Origin: Cystobasidiomycetes sp. EMM_F5
Taxonomy: Eukaryota
Direction: 5' to 3'
Assembly (NCBI GenBank): GCA_051047955.1
Contig: JBPGPT010000018.1
Span: 248,001-312,000, forward strand
DNA length: 64,000 nucleotides
Below, one piece after another: positions 25,389-37,860 of the stretch. The notes beneath the pieces were generated by a model. The model had not been told where the DNA came from and did not search any database. It was given only the letters and a program-made list of their open reading frames with translations. Each line of letters opens with the position of its first letter. Within the stretch, counting starts at the first letter, position 1. The position numbers were made by a program, and so were the translations under genes.

Positions 25389-26799
25389 ATGGTCGATGAT
25401 AGGCGTGCATCACATCATCTAACCAGCACACAGCCTGACGACTACTTGTATTTCAAATGTCATACAGACAATCCATGTTGATGCCCATGTGGCGACTATG
25501 CACACCCCTCCACGCCCGTTACAACCGACGACTCTCCCTCTGCCTGTGATCGGCGTAGTCGAGTTTTCACCCATTCTCACTCCTCGAGGGTCTCCTCTGC
25601 TCCAAACGCGGCAATGTCTGGTACGCAAGGCAGAGCTCAGAACTGCGTCGAGTAGTCGGGCAGCTAGTACAGCAGCGGGTCGGCTGGTTGGCCATCGAGT
25701 GAACCACGCACGGGTCCCGTATCAGCCAGAGCAGCTCGCTCGGCGATTTTGTGGCCGCGTTTCTGCCTTGCGAGCTGCAGAGCTGAGCGGGTATCAGACG
25801 ATCCGTGAATGTCGCTGTCCGCCCATCGAGTACCGGTATCCCCGACATCCTTCGCAGCGTGGCTGACTCACCGCTGCGTTGGATTCGGACGGTAGTCTTT
25901 CGGAACCTGCTCGACACGGTGTTGAGAGCGGCCATCGAGGGCGCGTGAACAGAGCCTTACGGCAATGTCTTGTTGATTCCTCTGCCTTTACGCATACTAG
26001 GCGACCTCGTCCCACGCTCAGAGGGAAATCCCTTCATACACACACTCTGCGGCAGTTGCCAGCATAGCCTTTACACACAAGCGCGGCGTACGACGTCGTC
26101 GCCCTCTCCTCAGGCTGTTCCCGGGCTTCCGTTCTCTAATCTTCCCATCGCGCAATAGTCAATCTACTCCTCCTACAGGTGCGCAAGCGTAGTGCTGTGA
26201 CACCTGAGGAAGGAAGAGGTTGTCGAAAACATACAGGCTGCAATACCGGCTTGGCGGAGTCTCCAACCAATCGATTCTGATTGCGTGCTATGCACATCCT
26301 TCTTCCGAGCTGGTCGCTCGTCTTTCACCGTCGCGTTCATCTACGTCACCGCACGACCGTAGTGGTCCCTTAAATTGACTTGTGAAAAAAAGACAATGAC
26401 GTTTCCGTTGAAAGGTACAAATGTGCTGGTGCCACCCTCCAAGACGAGGTCTTTTTGAGGTCCTGCTACAGTGTCCTCGGCGAGTTTGCCATTCTTGCTG
26501 TCGAACAGAGTATGGAATCCTTGAAGTCCTCCAGAGGGTGTTTGGGGTGCGTGGTTGACGGCGACTATGTCAAACCTTGGGAGACGTTTGTGCAAATGCA
26601 AGGAGACTCGGAAGACATGCAGGCTGCATGTGAACACACCTCAGCTCTGATCACATGCCCTGCGCATTGGCTGGTGCCGAGCTCGAAGCGGCTCACTGTG
26701 TTCATGCTCCCAGGGGTGAATACGATGAGCCGTCAGAAGTCGGTCCTCACATTCCGCGGAGCCCTACCTGTCGCAGAGTACTGTTCCTTTTCTTTCTAA
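25389..26799 (+). pseudogene. Possible decayed protein-coding gene diverging from GPI16
   Basis: A pyrimidine-rich promoter-like tract precedes ATG 25389. Protein-like stretches (GIPDILRSVADSPLRWIRTVVFRNLLDTVLRAAIEGA*, RKEEVVENIQAAIPAWRSL, ORF 26455-26799) are broken by stops and frame changes that I could not resolve with plausible introns. No family recognised. Confidence 0.25.
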
Positions 26800-29700
26800 C
26801 ATGATGACCGAGATTGCACAGTTAGGCTCGTCTACCTGCGTCTCGATGTCTGATCCTTCATTCCGCTTCAGATCTGCCTGCATCCATGTTCATACACTGC
26901 TCTATCGTCTAATCCCGTAGTGATGCTCGCATCGCTTTGCCTGTAATATCAGAATGCACACGCTATCGTCTTTTTACTTGCAATCCTTTCCACGACCATC
27001 ACCATTTGCATTAGGTCATCTGATGTCCGTCGGATCTTCGTCACGTATACTATGACACATCTTCCTGCTTGTTCAAGGGGCAGATACGTGCTTACTCCAA
27101 TCCAGCTCTGTCCGCAATCGAGTAACATCCCTTCCTTTCGTCCTGCATCAATCATCAGCAATCTCTATACGCACAGGTATCGACCGATGTAGTCGTACTT
27201 TTTTCAAAGACATGCTGGGTATCCTCTCTCCTAATTTCCACACGCACGAAGCGTCTTACCGATTGATAATTGGTAAGATTAGGCGAAAAGAAGAAGCTCG
27301 TAATATCGGCTTGGCGACTCTCCTCCCCTCATATAAGGGACCGGCATTTGCACTCCGCTTGTCTCTGCCAGTATGCTTGAGTTTGCTGAAGCTGCCATCC
27401 ATTCGTACGAAGTCATCGCAAGATTTTCCTCAGGCTCGCATTCTCAAGCGCTTGCAACGGAGACATGTTTGAGACGAGGAGTAAACTGCAGGTGTTGCCA
27501 CTCCAAGACGAGCAGGTGAATGAAACCACCTTGTTCGCTGCTGCGTAATCCAAAGGCATACGAGGTGGCATTCATGAGTCTCCAGAGGGCAATAATGGAT
27601 GGCCTTCGGTATTGAATCGCCTCGAGCGTAGTCGATTTTGAGGCAAGAGGCTTGGAAGATTGCGGTTGCTGCGCTCAGACCCCAACTAGTCGAGCCGCTA
27701 CTGTGGAACACCTATGCTGATGCCAGCCGCTGAGTCTTAAGACAGTCTGGACCGCTGAGCAGCCCTACTGTCCATCTCAGGCTGGTAATCAATCTACGGA
27801 TCCCAGGTTCGATGCAGGACTTCTTTCCCGTTCAAACCATCATTACATTATTCCGTTCTGTCGTTGTTTTCCCTTACCCGGTTCATATTCCATCAAAAGC
27901 GATGTCTGGCACTTTGCTTACTATACCTCATTTATACTCACAATGGTGACTTACCTTGCAATATCCATGCGATGTCAGGCCCAAAATTCAGTCTCCTCCA
28001 TTGAACATGCCCCAAAATTGTCATGGCTTGCTCCGTTGGCTCTTTACCGTCAGATACTACCCCACAAGACACCTTGCAACAATCATCAACTTCTCTCGAA
28101 TCACACAGGTTGCGTCAGACGTGCTCGCGCCTATCTCTTACGAGATTTGTGGATTCCGTTATATATCTTCCCGCGTGCAAAGCTTTTCGACGTACACGGC
28201 ACGGCGTCCGTGTAATTAGGATGCAAGCTACAGCTTGTAAAAGGGCTGGCAGAATCTGGTCCACAGACATTATGGACTATCATCAACGACATGCGAGCTC
28301 AAAGCTTCATGCTGCGAGTATCCATTCATGCCCCTACCTTCCAGCATTCAAAGCACTGCAGTGACCGCCTATTCGGCTTCCGCGTCGGGCTGTAATCAGA
28401 TCGACACGTTCCGGAGCGCTGTAAGGATCGTCTTCTCGAAAGGTGCAAAAGCCCCTTGCCATTGTCGCTGCGTCATTCCGGTGTCTGCGAGTGGCAGGTT
28501 GCTAGCGCTTGGGTGCAAACAGGCGCCGAGATGGAGCGGTGGTGACGGCTTGGGGCTTCCTCAGCTACCGATGAGGACGAATCTTCTTTGAACCGGAACG
28601 AGGGTTTCGTGTGGGTGAACCTGCCGATGCTGCACTCCAAGACGTCTACTCACGCCATGCATAGCGGGAGTAACTCACGCACTCTCGCTTGCGTAGTCGC
28701 GAGTGTGGACCAGAGAGCATCTGAAGGTAGCAGTGAGGATGTCCGCTCGTCGGTGACGAAGATTCGGAAGAATGCGGCTAGCGGGGTCGATGCCGACAGG
28801 CGTCTCCCGTTTATAATCTGCGATGTTGTTGATACAGCGAAGCGATGGCGACGCTTCCAGTCATGCGGATCCACGTTTGTAGCAAGGTGTCTTCCCCCTT
28901 CCCGTCCCATAATTTTATATGAATCATAATGGCCGGAAGTAGAAACTCTCGTCGGCCTTGCAATCTCTGCTATATATCCTGGCGGACGCGAAGACAGTTC
29001 TGGGCAATTCGGGTGAGTGTCCACGTCCTGAGGTAAAACGTGCACTGAGCGGACATTTGTATGGCAGAGATATCAGTTCCAAAATTACTGTCTAGACCAG
29101 TATATATCCTGCTCGCAACGGTGACACGACTAGCGTCCCTCAATGTCATTGTCAGCGAGTAGAGTTCCCAATCCGTGTTTCTTTGTACTGACTTCGCTTT
29201 CGCTTTCAACAGCTCTGATACCTATCTATGTATCTGGTCGAAACAGCTTGTATTTTATACTTGTATCTTTCCCCTCGACTTATGTGGATGTCACCCATGC
29301 CACCCCCTTATTGTCGCTAGATAGCGTGGTCCACCGAGCCATGATTGCTGCTCCAAAGTCATACCCTTGCTTTTTGCGTACGTTTTGCATTGACCGCCGC
29401 CTGAAAAGTGACACGCGTTGAACGGCCATGACGCTCGATTCGATCAGCGTGCGACGTCAGGTCCAACGCACGCACGCTCGCACTCTTGCCTTTGCTCCAA
29501 GCGCGGCCATGTTGAGCCTCGAGAGGTCGGCATGACATGGGTTGAGCAGAGGTGTGTTGCGGATGTCGTCGTCGATGGCTGAGTTGCGTTTCATTTCCTT
29601 CCCGCTGCTCTAACGGCTTCCATCTGTTTGACTCGAGTGCTGTTCTGCCGCGTTTGGGCCTCGACGCAAACGATGGAACGCTGAGCGGAGAAGCTGCACC

Positions 29701-29992
29701 GGCTATTCCATCTTCGCGCTTCCCTCCACCTCCTTCGCATCCGCCTTCGCACACTCGCAGTGTCGAGTTTGACACTGAAATGCGCGATTTGCGACTGCTC
29801 CTCCACCGCTGCCTGGCAATGCAGTCAATGGGTAGCAGGTTCATCGTACTTTGATGACCGCCCGAGACTAGCTACCGGCAGCAAAGACCTCTCTCTTTCC
29901 TTCTTCTCGTCGTCACATTTCCTGCGCCATAGTTCTGCCTTTTTGCTCGTGTACAGCAACGTCGCCGGCCGACCAGAGATTAAGTTCTCAAT

Positions 29993-30090
29993 CAGGAAAC
30001 AGGAAACAGGAAACAGGAAACAGGAATCAGGAAACAGGAAACAGGAATCAGGAATCAGGAATCAGGAAACAGGAATCAGGAAATAGGAAT
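29993..30090 (+). repeat. Heptamer tandem array (CAGGAAW)x14
   Basis: Thirteen consecutive CAGGAAA/CAGGAAT units plus a final TAGGAAT, read directly. Confidence 0.95.
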
Positions 30091-31260
30091 TGTGCTTCTT
30101 TACCCCGGGTGATACGTTGCCTGACCCCCTACTACCCTGCGACAATAATCACACTCCTCTCGTTTTCACACAGGCTAGATGTCATACTGACTCGCCTATA
30201 TTCACTCCCAGAGAGGTTCATGTGGGCATCCGTTATTCTTCCCTCGGTAATCAGACTCGAGCCCATCCCAGGGGGTCAGACTTCCGACAGCTAGAGCAAA
30301 CAAGCGCACAACACTGGCTTGTCAAATCCCACATCAGCAAAGAGCGCCTGCCGTAATGCAGTTGCTGGCACGCACGCTACTCGAGCTGTTCATTCGCACT
30401 TCTTCCTTTTCGAAGCCATCGCTGCGACGTACGACCCCCACGGTATGCCCGTCCGTCATCGACGGCACTCCAACACTTGGACCATGTGCTCCTTCCGTTC
30501 GGTTCATCTCCTCTCTGTCCATCAGGCAGCAGATACCGGGCGTGAAACCACATTCCGGGTGGGGAAGGTCAGCTGCAGACCCAGTGGATGCTGTCCTCCA
30601 AGACGTGCGTTGTGCTACTGTGTCATAGGTCTCTGGATCGCATTCCAGAGGAAACCGGTCCATAGTGCCATGATTGTACCAGAGGACAACGGAAGACCTG
30701 CCAATGACCACGATTCACCATCAAGTTCGAGTGCAGCGTGTTTGAGAGGGATTTGGAAGATCGCGGACGGAGATACGCTACGACTATATCGAGCGTCCGT
30801 TGTCAGCAAAAAGTGTAGATGTCAGTGAAAGGCGAGGGCTTCCTTCGTTGACCCACAGCGACCTCGTCCGGAAGCTGCTAATCTCCACGCGGACCCACAA
30901 TTGTTGCAGGGTATGTTCTCTTCTCGTATAAACCCCGCTCGTTTCCCAAATGATGACGAGGATGTACCCTTCGAGTATATTCCGAGGTCTGAAACTCATA
31001 AACTCCATCCCCACTTCCACTAGTCAGCGATATTAGAGTCTGTCAGCGTTGCTAGATCAGATTGGCTTCATTGCAGGCAGTCTTTGATTCTTAATAAGAT
31101 GCGAAGTCTTGGAAAGAAGAAGTGAAGGCACCGCAACGAGGTTTATTAGAACCGGAAGAAAAGGCGTCGGTGTTGACATATGCATGATGTGATATCATTG
31201 ACTTCGTCGCTTCCTCTCTACACACGAGCATGCGAATCAGCTACACTGCACTCTGATGAG

Positions 31261-32055
31261 TCAGTGCTTCTTTCCGGCTTCTGCTTTGGCAGCCAGGACT
31301 TTCTTCACAGCTGGGCGTGCTGTCAGATTCTCGTGCCACTGATGTACGAGCGGAAAATCCTGCTTGAGGCTGATGGGCACAAGACAGCGTTCAGGACAAG
31401 GTCATACCAAAGTATACGCGCAAACAAGACGTACTTCACTTTATCACCGACCAGACCAGGGAAGTTGAGGTTCCACGTAATGAAAGCCAAGTCTGATGCA
31501 GTAGCCTTCTCACCAAGAAGAAAATTCTGCCCCGTCTGCTTGAGGTGAAGCTCAATGACGCCCAGCACGCGAACAATCTCGTTCTGATACCGCTCGATAG
31601 CACTGGGTAGCTTTTCCTTGTGAAAGTATTGAAACCAGGCCGCCTGACCGAAGGGGACACCTTGTCCAGATATCTGGAAAGCTAACCATTGATATTGCTT
31701 GAAGTGATCTTCGCCAGTGACGGAGATTTTGCCTTCCTTGTCGTACTTCTCGAGAAGGTACAGGATGCAAGCCATGCTTTCCCAGATGACAAAGTCATTG
31801 TTGCGGTGATCAATGAGTGCAGGAATACGGCCGTTGGGATTGATCTTCAGGTAGGTGTCGCTCTTGAGACCGTTGGGTGATTCAGTCGAGCCAAACTCGA
31901 GAAATTTGGTTTCGTAGGTGAGACCTAGTTCCTCCAGTATGATGGCGACTTTCCACCTGCAAATATGTTCAGCAAGGATACTTCTGTGCATCTGCCAAAT
32001 ATCCTGACCCATTGGGTCCACCAGCATGCGAATACAGAGTGAATTGCGAAGCCAT
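31261..32055 (-). CDS. Glutathione S-transferase, Ure2p-like class (3 exons)
   Basis: MASQFTLYSHAGGPNG|WKVAIILEELGL, YLKINPNGRIPALID, IWESMACILYL, QWLAFQISGQGVPFGQAAWF, SAIERYQNEIVRVLGV, and last exon DFPLVHQWHENLTARPAVKKV. Confidence 0.93.
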
Positions 32056-32169
32056 TGATAAAACGGAGCGAAGAGCTTAGTGAGATCTGAGTTCCGGCGT
32101 ATGGGACGAGGTATGAGCAGTGATGGATAGGAGAATGGAAAGAGGAGCCATGATCCAGGAGTGCTGCGT

Positions 32170-32176
32170 TTTTATA
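32170..32176 (-). promoter_or_regulatory. Candidate TATA box for the GST gene
   Basis: TATAAAA on the minus strand ~115 nt upstream of the GST ATG, followed by a pyrimidine-rich tract. Confidence 0.4.
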
Positions 32177-32366
32177 TGACGGCGACGCCACCGAAACTCG
32201 GGGCAAATGCAGAGCGCCCGGAAGTGGCTTAGTCAGCGATTTGTAATCAGCCATTGTCAGACTCGGTCTCGATTCCGTCAGCGTGTAATGAAGGAGTCGA
32301 CGTCTCATATTGCTCAGCGTCCTCGGTCTCCAAAAATATGAGGAATTACTCCCCGAGCGAGCCGTA

Positions 32367-34118
32367 CTAATCAAACAGCTGTTGGATTTCCTCGGTCTGG
32401 AAAAACTCATCAATATCCCGAGCTAGAACTTGAGGAGCCTCCAACGCCAAAAAGTGACCACCTCGGTCAAGCTGCTGCCATTGTCGAAGCTTAGGAATCT
32501 GCTCAACGAAGGCCTGCTTGACCGGCTGTCCCAGAGAACCGCGTTAGCCGTGCTTCGACCTCTCCAGAAAGAGCTAGATAACCTCACCCAATGTATCTCG
32601 TACTTTCCGCATCCGAATGCTAGAGGCTGGACGAAGTTCGTCTCCTCAATTCTCCTATTCTGCTCCTTCTCCGCATCATCGGGACTTCTTCGGAAGTAGT
32701 ATAGCCAGAAACTGCTGGTGATGTTGCCTGTGAACCAGTAGAGCATGCAATTTGCAATTACTTCGTCTTCAGAGGGATGTGTATGAGGTGAAGACCATCG
32801 ATACATCTTTTCGCCAATATATATCAAGAGTGCAACGGGAGAGCTTGCTAGTGCGCCGCCAAGGGTCTACAAGGTCATCAGATCAGACAAAGGACAGATC
32901 GAAAGACGGGACGCACATATGGGACTGTCTGTTGTGATTTGTTTGGCGGTCAGCTTGGCATAATTCCGGACTTCTTAGAGCGACTTACTCCCTGCATTTC
33001 CTGATACGCAGAACCTTTCGCTCTATAAAATGCGCAAGGGTCTCGCATCAACAGCAAGGCCAATATGACCAAAAATATTCGCACCTGAACGCCTTCATCC
33101 TTTCCAGACCTCGTTTCTCAACGTCTGTCAGTTCGCCGGTACCGTCTGGCTTCGATGTAACGGCTGAGAAGTAATTTAGGTCTTTGATGCAACGTCAGTT
33201 ATACGAGTGCGTCTGAATTGTGTGATGAACGTACGCAATGCCATTACATTATCTGGGAACGATTGAGCCGTATATCGTGTGAGCATGCTTCCCCAATCTC
33301 CACCTTGAGTGAGGTACTTTTTGTAGCCTAGAGATTGCATTATAGCGTTGAAGCAGATTGCAGATTTCTCGTAGTCTGTTATTTGGCATTGGTCAGCAGG
33401 AATTGAACGACCTGCGCACAGACAAGCATACTCCAAGGTACGCCATTCGTGGTCTTTGTGCCTCGCTTAGGAGCGTCAGAGAAGGCGTAGCCTGGTATAG
33501 ATCTATCGAATAGCGCGCATCAGCCACAATGGAGAGCTATGATCAACGACAGGACCCACGGCATGACGATATGGTAGTTCTTGGACAGGATCTTGCTTAT
33601 TTCGCAAAACTCCAAGATTGAGCCGGGCCAGCCATGGACGAGGAGAAGCGGAACAGCTTTCGGGTTGTCTGATTTGCGATGGATAAAGTGTACGCCAATC
33701 TCGCCTTGTTCTGGCAGTCCGGCTACTTTAAGCTGTAAGTCACGTCAGTGTCATTAAAACCCGTAAACAGTGAGGACGGTCTATGTACCTTGTAATGCTC
33801 TCCCATATCCTGGATCTTCTTTCGCCATACTGGCCATTCGAAGCCATTTGCAGCTCTTTCAATCAGTCGTTTCGTCACGCTCGGCGGAATGCCGTCTTCG
33901 AGCAAGCGCAAAGGAATCAGCTTCGGGCATCCAGTCTACCATGCGGATAGCGCACAAGTGAAATCGTCGTCATCTCGCGTCCAAGCGTCTTCGAGCAGGT
34001 TGTCGTAGTACTTGGACAGGTCGACAGCTTTCACGGCAGCTTGGACGGGGCCGTAATCATAATCTGGAATCACAAAAGGCTCGGGCTTGCCGTACGTGAT
34101 GCCTTGCATGAGCGACAT
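32367..34118 (-). CDS. Epoxide hydrolase (microsomal/EHN type alpha/beta hydrolase), multi-exon
   Basis: KPEPFVIP, VHFIHRKS..AVPLLLVHGWPGSILEF, PGYAFSDAP, nucleophile motif QGGDWGS, YIGEKMYRW, NCMLYWFT..SSFWLY and the catalytic His in GGHFLALEAP. Confidence 0.92.
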
Positions 34119-34332
34119 GGCTTCGAGTAGTTCTAATAGGTCTGAATGCAGCAGACAGGCAGAAGCGTCCGTGTTGCAATTCGCCGGGTAATAGCTGTCC
34201 CCGCAACAGCCTATTGATAAGCAGTCGATGATGCCATGATGACTACTAAGCACAGCTACAGAGTCTCCTTGCGCGCCGTCATGTATGCTGATACGTCTCT
34301 CGACGCCAAAGCACAACATGCGTACTCATACC

Positions 34333-36365
34333 TCAATGACCCGGCTCAGCCGTATGGACACCCGTCTCTTGCGGAGCGTACTTTTCATCCAGGAAGTACT
34401 TGTATGGATTCTGTAAGTGACGTTGGATTAGCTTGCTGAAGCGAGGTACATGCCTGCGTGAACAGCAACATACCATAATATTCTTGGGATCTATAGCCTT
34501 CTTGAGCGTTCGCATTAGACTGATAGCTTCGTCCGACTGTGAGTAGCCGATATGCGGTGCTTTCATGACGCCAAGTCCATGCTCGGCTGATATAGATCCC
34601 TTCCTCTCGGCTGCACATACAGAGCTGGTCAGCTTGTTCTGGCGGTAAGCAGGTTGGCGATTGACTGCGCAAACGTACAGACCCATTCATACACCCACGG
34701 CTCCAGAACGTCCTCAACCTTGCTATCCCACTTATTCGCGACGACGTTGAGGTGAATGTTGCCGTCTCCTACGTGACCATACCCGACACACAGCTTGATG
34801 GACCCATCTTCAAACATGCCCTTCTCCTTGAAGCGTGCTCGGATATCCTCAATGACCTCGTACATTTTGCCGACGGGTATTGACAGGTCGCTAGAGGGAC
34901 ACACACGCAAGTGTTGAGCTCGCATTGTCGATACTCAGATAAGCAACCACACTTACTACTTGTATACCTTTCCTGCCTTTCCACACGCTTCAGGGACTGC
35001 CTCTCTCAGTCCCCACAGTCCATTCATCTGCGTCTCGTCCTGCCCGACCACTCCGTCCACCACCACCTCGCGCTCCATCAGGTCTTCCACCAGCGCATTC
35101 AACTTCTCATCGTCGTGATCCTTATTCGAGCCGCTCGTCTCTATGAGTATATAAAAGTTGTTTTCTCCTGGCTGAGTCCCAGTGTTGTCTAGTGGCGCCT
35201 TCTGTCCTGTATGCGAGAGGACCAATTCGTACGCTTCTTGATCAAAGAACTCGAATGCCGACAAGACTTCGCCTAGCTTATCACGAGTCGCTACAAAGAC
35301 GTCTTGTAAGCGTTGCCAATTTGGAACTTTGAGGATTGCGACGTTTCTCGCTGTTGAACGTTTTGCTGTGAGAATGCATACGCCAGTAATGATTCCCAGA
35401 CTCCCTTCACTGCCTATAAAGAGCTGTTTGAGGTCGTACCCCGTGTTATCTTTGCGCAGTCCGCCCATGCCGCTGTGCAAAACAGTCCCCTTCTCGTCGG
35501 GAAGTACTACTTCGAGACCGAGTACTGTCCCACGTAACGACCCGTATCGTACAAGTCGCAACCCACCGGCATTCGTAGCTACGTTGCCACCGATATGACA
35601 TGATCCTTTGGCACCGAGATCGAGAGGCATAATGTAGCCTTGCTCTGCACAGTGCGCGTCGAGCGTCTCGAGAATACATCCTGCGTCGGCTGTCAGTACT
35701 CCGCTGATGGGGTCGAATGAGCGGATTTTGTTTAGTCCGGACTGTCGGTGAGAAGAATTGTTCATGAATGAATGTATGTGAAATATATGTACGATGATGA
35801 GTGCGAAGTACTTGACACTAAGAGTCCAGAATAGACCCACCAAGCTCAAGACCACCTCATCGTACACCGGGACACTCCCCCCAACCAACCCCGTATTTCC
35901 GCCTTGTGGAGTAATGGCTATATTGTTCTCTACGCAGTACGCAACAATCCTGCTCACTTCCTCTGTGCTCTTTGGCTTGAGGATGACTTGGGAGTTGCCC
36001 TTGTACTTTTGCATCCAGTCTTGGTTGAATGCGACCAAGTCATCCTCGGACGCCGTCTCTGCTCCTTGGACTGTACTGAGTAGACCACTCGTCATTCCCT
36101 TGAATGCCTCTACGTCCTCTCGCGTCAGCTTCTTGTACTTTGTGTTTCTCGGGGGGAGATGGCTCCCGAGGCGTACGGCGGAGGACGAGATTGAGCGGGT
36201 GCGGGTGTAGGAGGGAGTGTGTGGATGAGAGATGGACGGAGAGAGCCTTGCACTTCTTGACAGACTCCGATAATGTATTGGAAGCATTTTTGTGAATGGC
36301 AGCTGACACTGCAGCCGCGCCGATGCGAGTTCTGCGACATGCCTGGCGAGCGTCGTCGGGAGCAT
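34333..36365 (-). CDS. DLD2: FAD-linked D-2-hydroxyglutarate/D-lactate dehydrogenase, mitochondrial type
   Basis: Arg/Ser-rich presequence, then FNQDWMQKYKG, PQGGNTGLVGGSVP, PLDLGAKGSCHIGGNVATNAGG, LRKDNTGYDLKQLFIGSEG, GYGHVGDGNIHLN, GSISAEHGLG and NPYKY. Confidence 0.93.
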
Positions 36366-36711
36366 ATTGATTGAATGCAATTTGTGAAATGGAGGAGAGC
36401 AAAGCAGCTTCCATGGCTTCATTGTCGTCCAATATCCCGATCATCATCATTCAATTAACATTCGACAATCAACAATCATTATTCGCATTTAACCCACTGT
36501 TCCATGACTCTGATACGCTGATACTCTGACACGCTGTACTCGAGCTCAGTCGCCCCGGAGTCGATATACTCGCCGCTCTTGGCTGTACAGTCAGCACCGC
36601 CTGGACGGTGTCGCGGTGTTTCAGTGCGATATCGAGTGATATCGGACATCGACAGCCTGGTCGACGTCTCTCTCTGTCTCTATTTCTCTAATTTTTCGCC
36701 ATCCGAACGCT

Positions 36712-37749
36712 ATGGCACCCGCTGCGGTGAGGTATTATCGTCGACGACCCGGTCATGCATTGGCTGAGTATCCTGTGGTCTACAGATCAGGAGGAAGCTC
36801 GTCATCGTTGGTGGGTTGCAGGAGATGCCAGGACATGGCCATGGCTAATCTCATTACCGACCCAGGCGACGGAGCATGCGGCAAGACGTCCCTGCTTTGT
36901 GTATTTGCAGCAGGCGAATTTCCAAAGTGCGTTCAAGCGATCCGATCTTGCTGAGAAGTATCTTATCATATCATTGCAGAGAATATATCCCTACAGTATT
37001 CGACGCCCACGTAGCAGAAATCAGGTGAGTTGCCGAGATACGGTGGGTGGCAATGCGCGCATTCTGAAGAGGACTCACGTTCGCTCTTTCTGCTCGTCGC
37101 AAACAGGCTCGACGGAAAGCCAGTGCAGCTAGCACTATGGGATACGGCCGGCCAGGAGGAGTACGAGGTGAGCAGCCGCCACATGCAAGCTTGGCAGTGT
37201 GCCGTCAATTCAATTCTGATAATCTCCCCTCTGTGAACACAGCGCCTTCGCCCCCTCTCATACTCGAAGTCACACATCATCCTCATTGCATTCGCCCTCG
37301 ACACGCCAGACTCGCTGGAAAACGTACAGACAAAGTGGATAGAGGAAGTGAGAGAGATTTGTGGGCCAAACATCCCCGTCATGCTCGTAGGATGCAAGAA
37401 GGATCTTCGCGATGCTGCAGAATCGTCGACATCTACACTCGACGAGAGAAAGTACGTGTCGAGGCAGAGAGGCGAACACGTCATGGCAGAGATTGGAGCG
37501 AGGACGTACATGGAGTGTTCGGCGTTGCGGAATGAAGGAGTGGATGATATCTTTGAAGCGGCGACAAGACAGGCTATGCTCGTCCGCCATCCAGCGGGAA
37601 ACAACACGTCGAGTGGGAACGGATCGGCTACACTGGGGAGGGCTACGAATGGACTGGCAGAGAAGAGCGACAGGAGGAAGAGTGCGGGAATGTACGATTC
37701 GCCAAGGGGCGCAAACGAACAGAGTAAAGGGTGTTGCATCATCCTGTGA
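36712..37749 (+). CDS. RHO2: Rho-family GTPase, Rho2 type (5 exons)
   Basis: Spliced IRRKLVIVGDGACGKTSLLCVF, then [40 protein letters not shown] and ECSA, ending in the CaaX GCCIIL*. Confidence 0.92.
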
Positions 37750-37842
37750 CGGATCCCTACCAGCAACGATGGACACTGCGACGAAGACCCGGAACAAGAC
37801 TCAGGACGAGCAGCTAGACGATTTTCCTTTCCAATGACTTTT

Positions 37843-37860
37843 ATCATCATCATCATCATC
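37843..37860 (+). repeat. (ATC)6 microsatellite in the RHO2 3' region
   Basis: Read directly. Confidence 0.85.

Noticed and set aside
27795..27825. GGTTCGA resembling a tRNA T-loop / B-box
   Set aside because: The flanks do not pair into a T-stem, and no cloverleaf can be drawn.
29760..30086. ORF ending in QETGNRK/QESGIRN repeats
   Set aside because: The peptide repeat is simply the translation of the 7-bp DNA array, with no other sign of coding.
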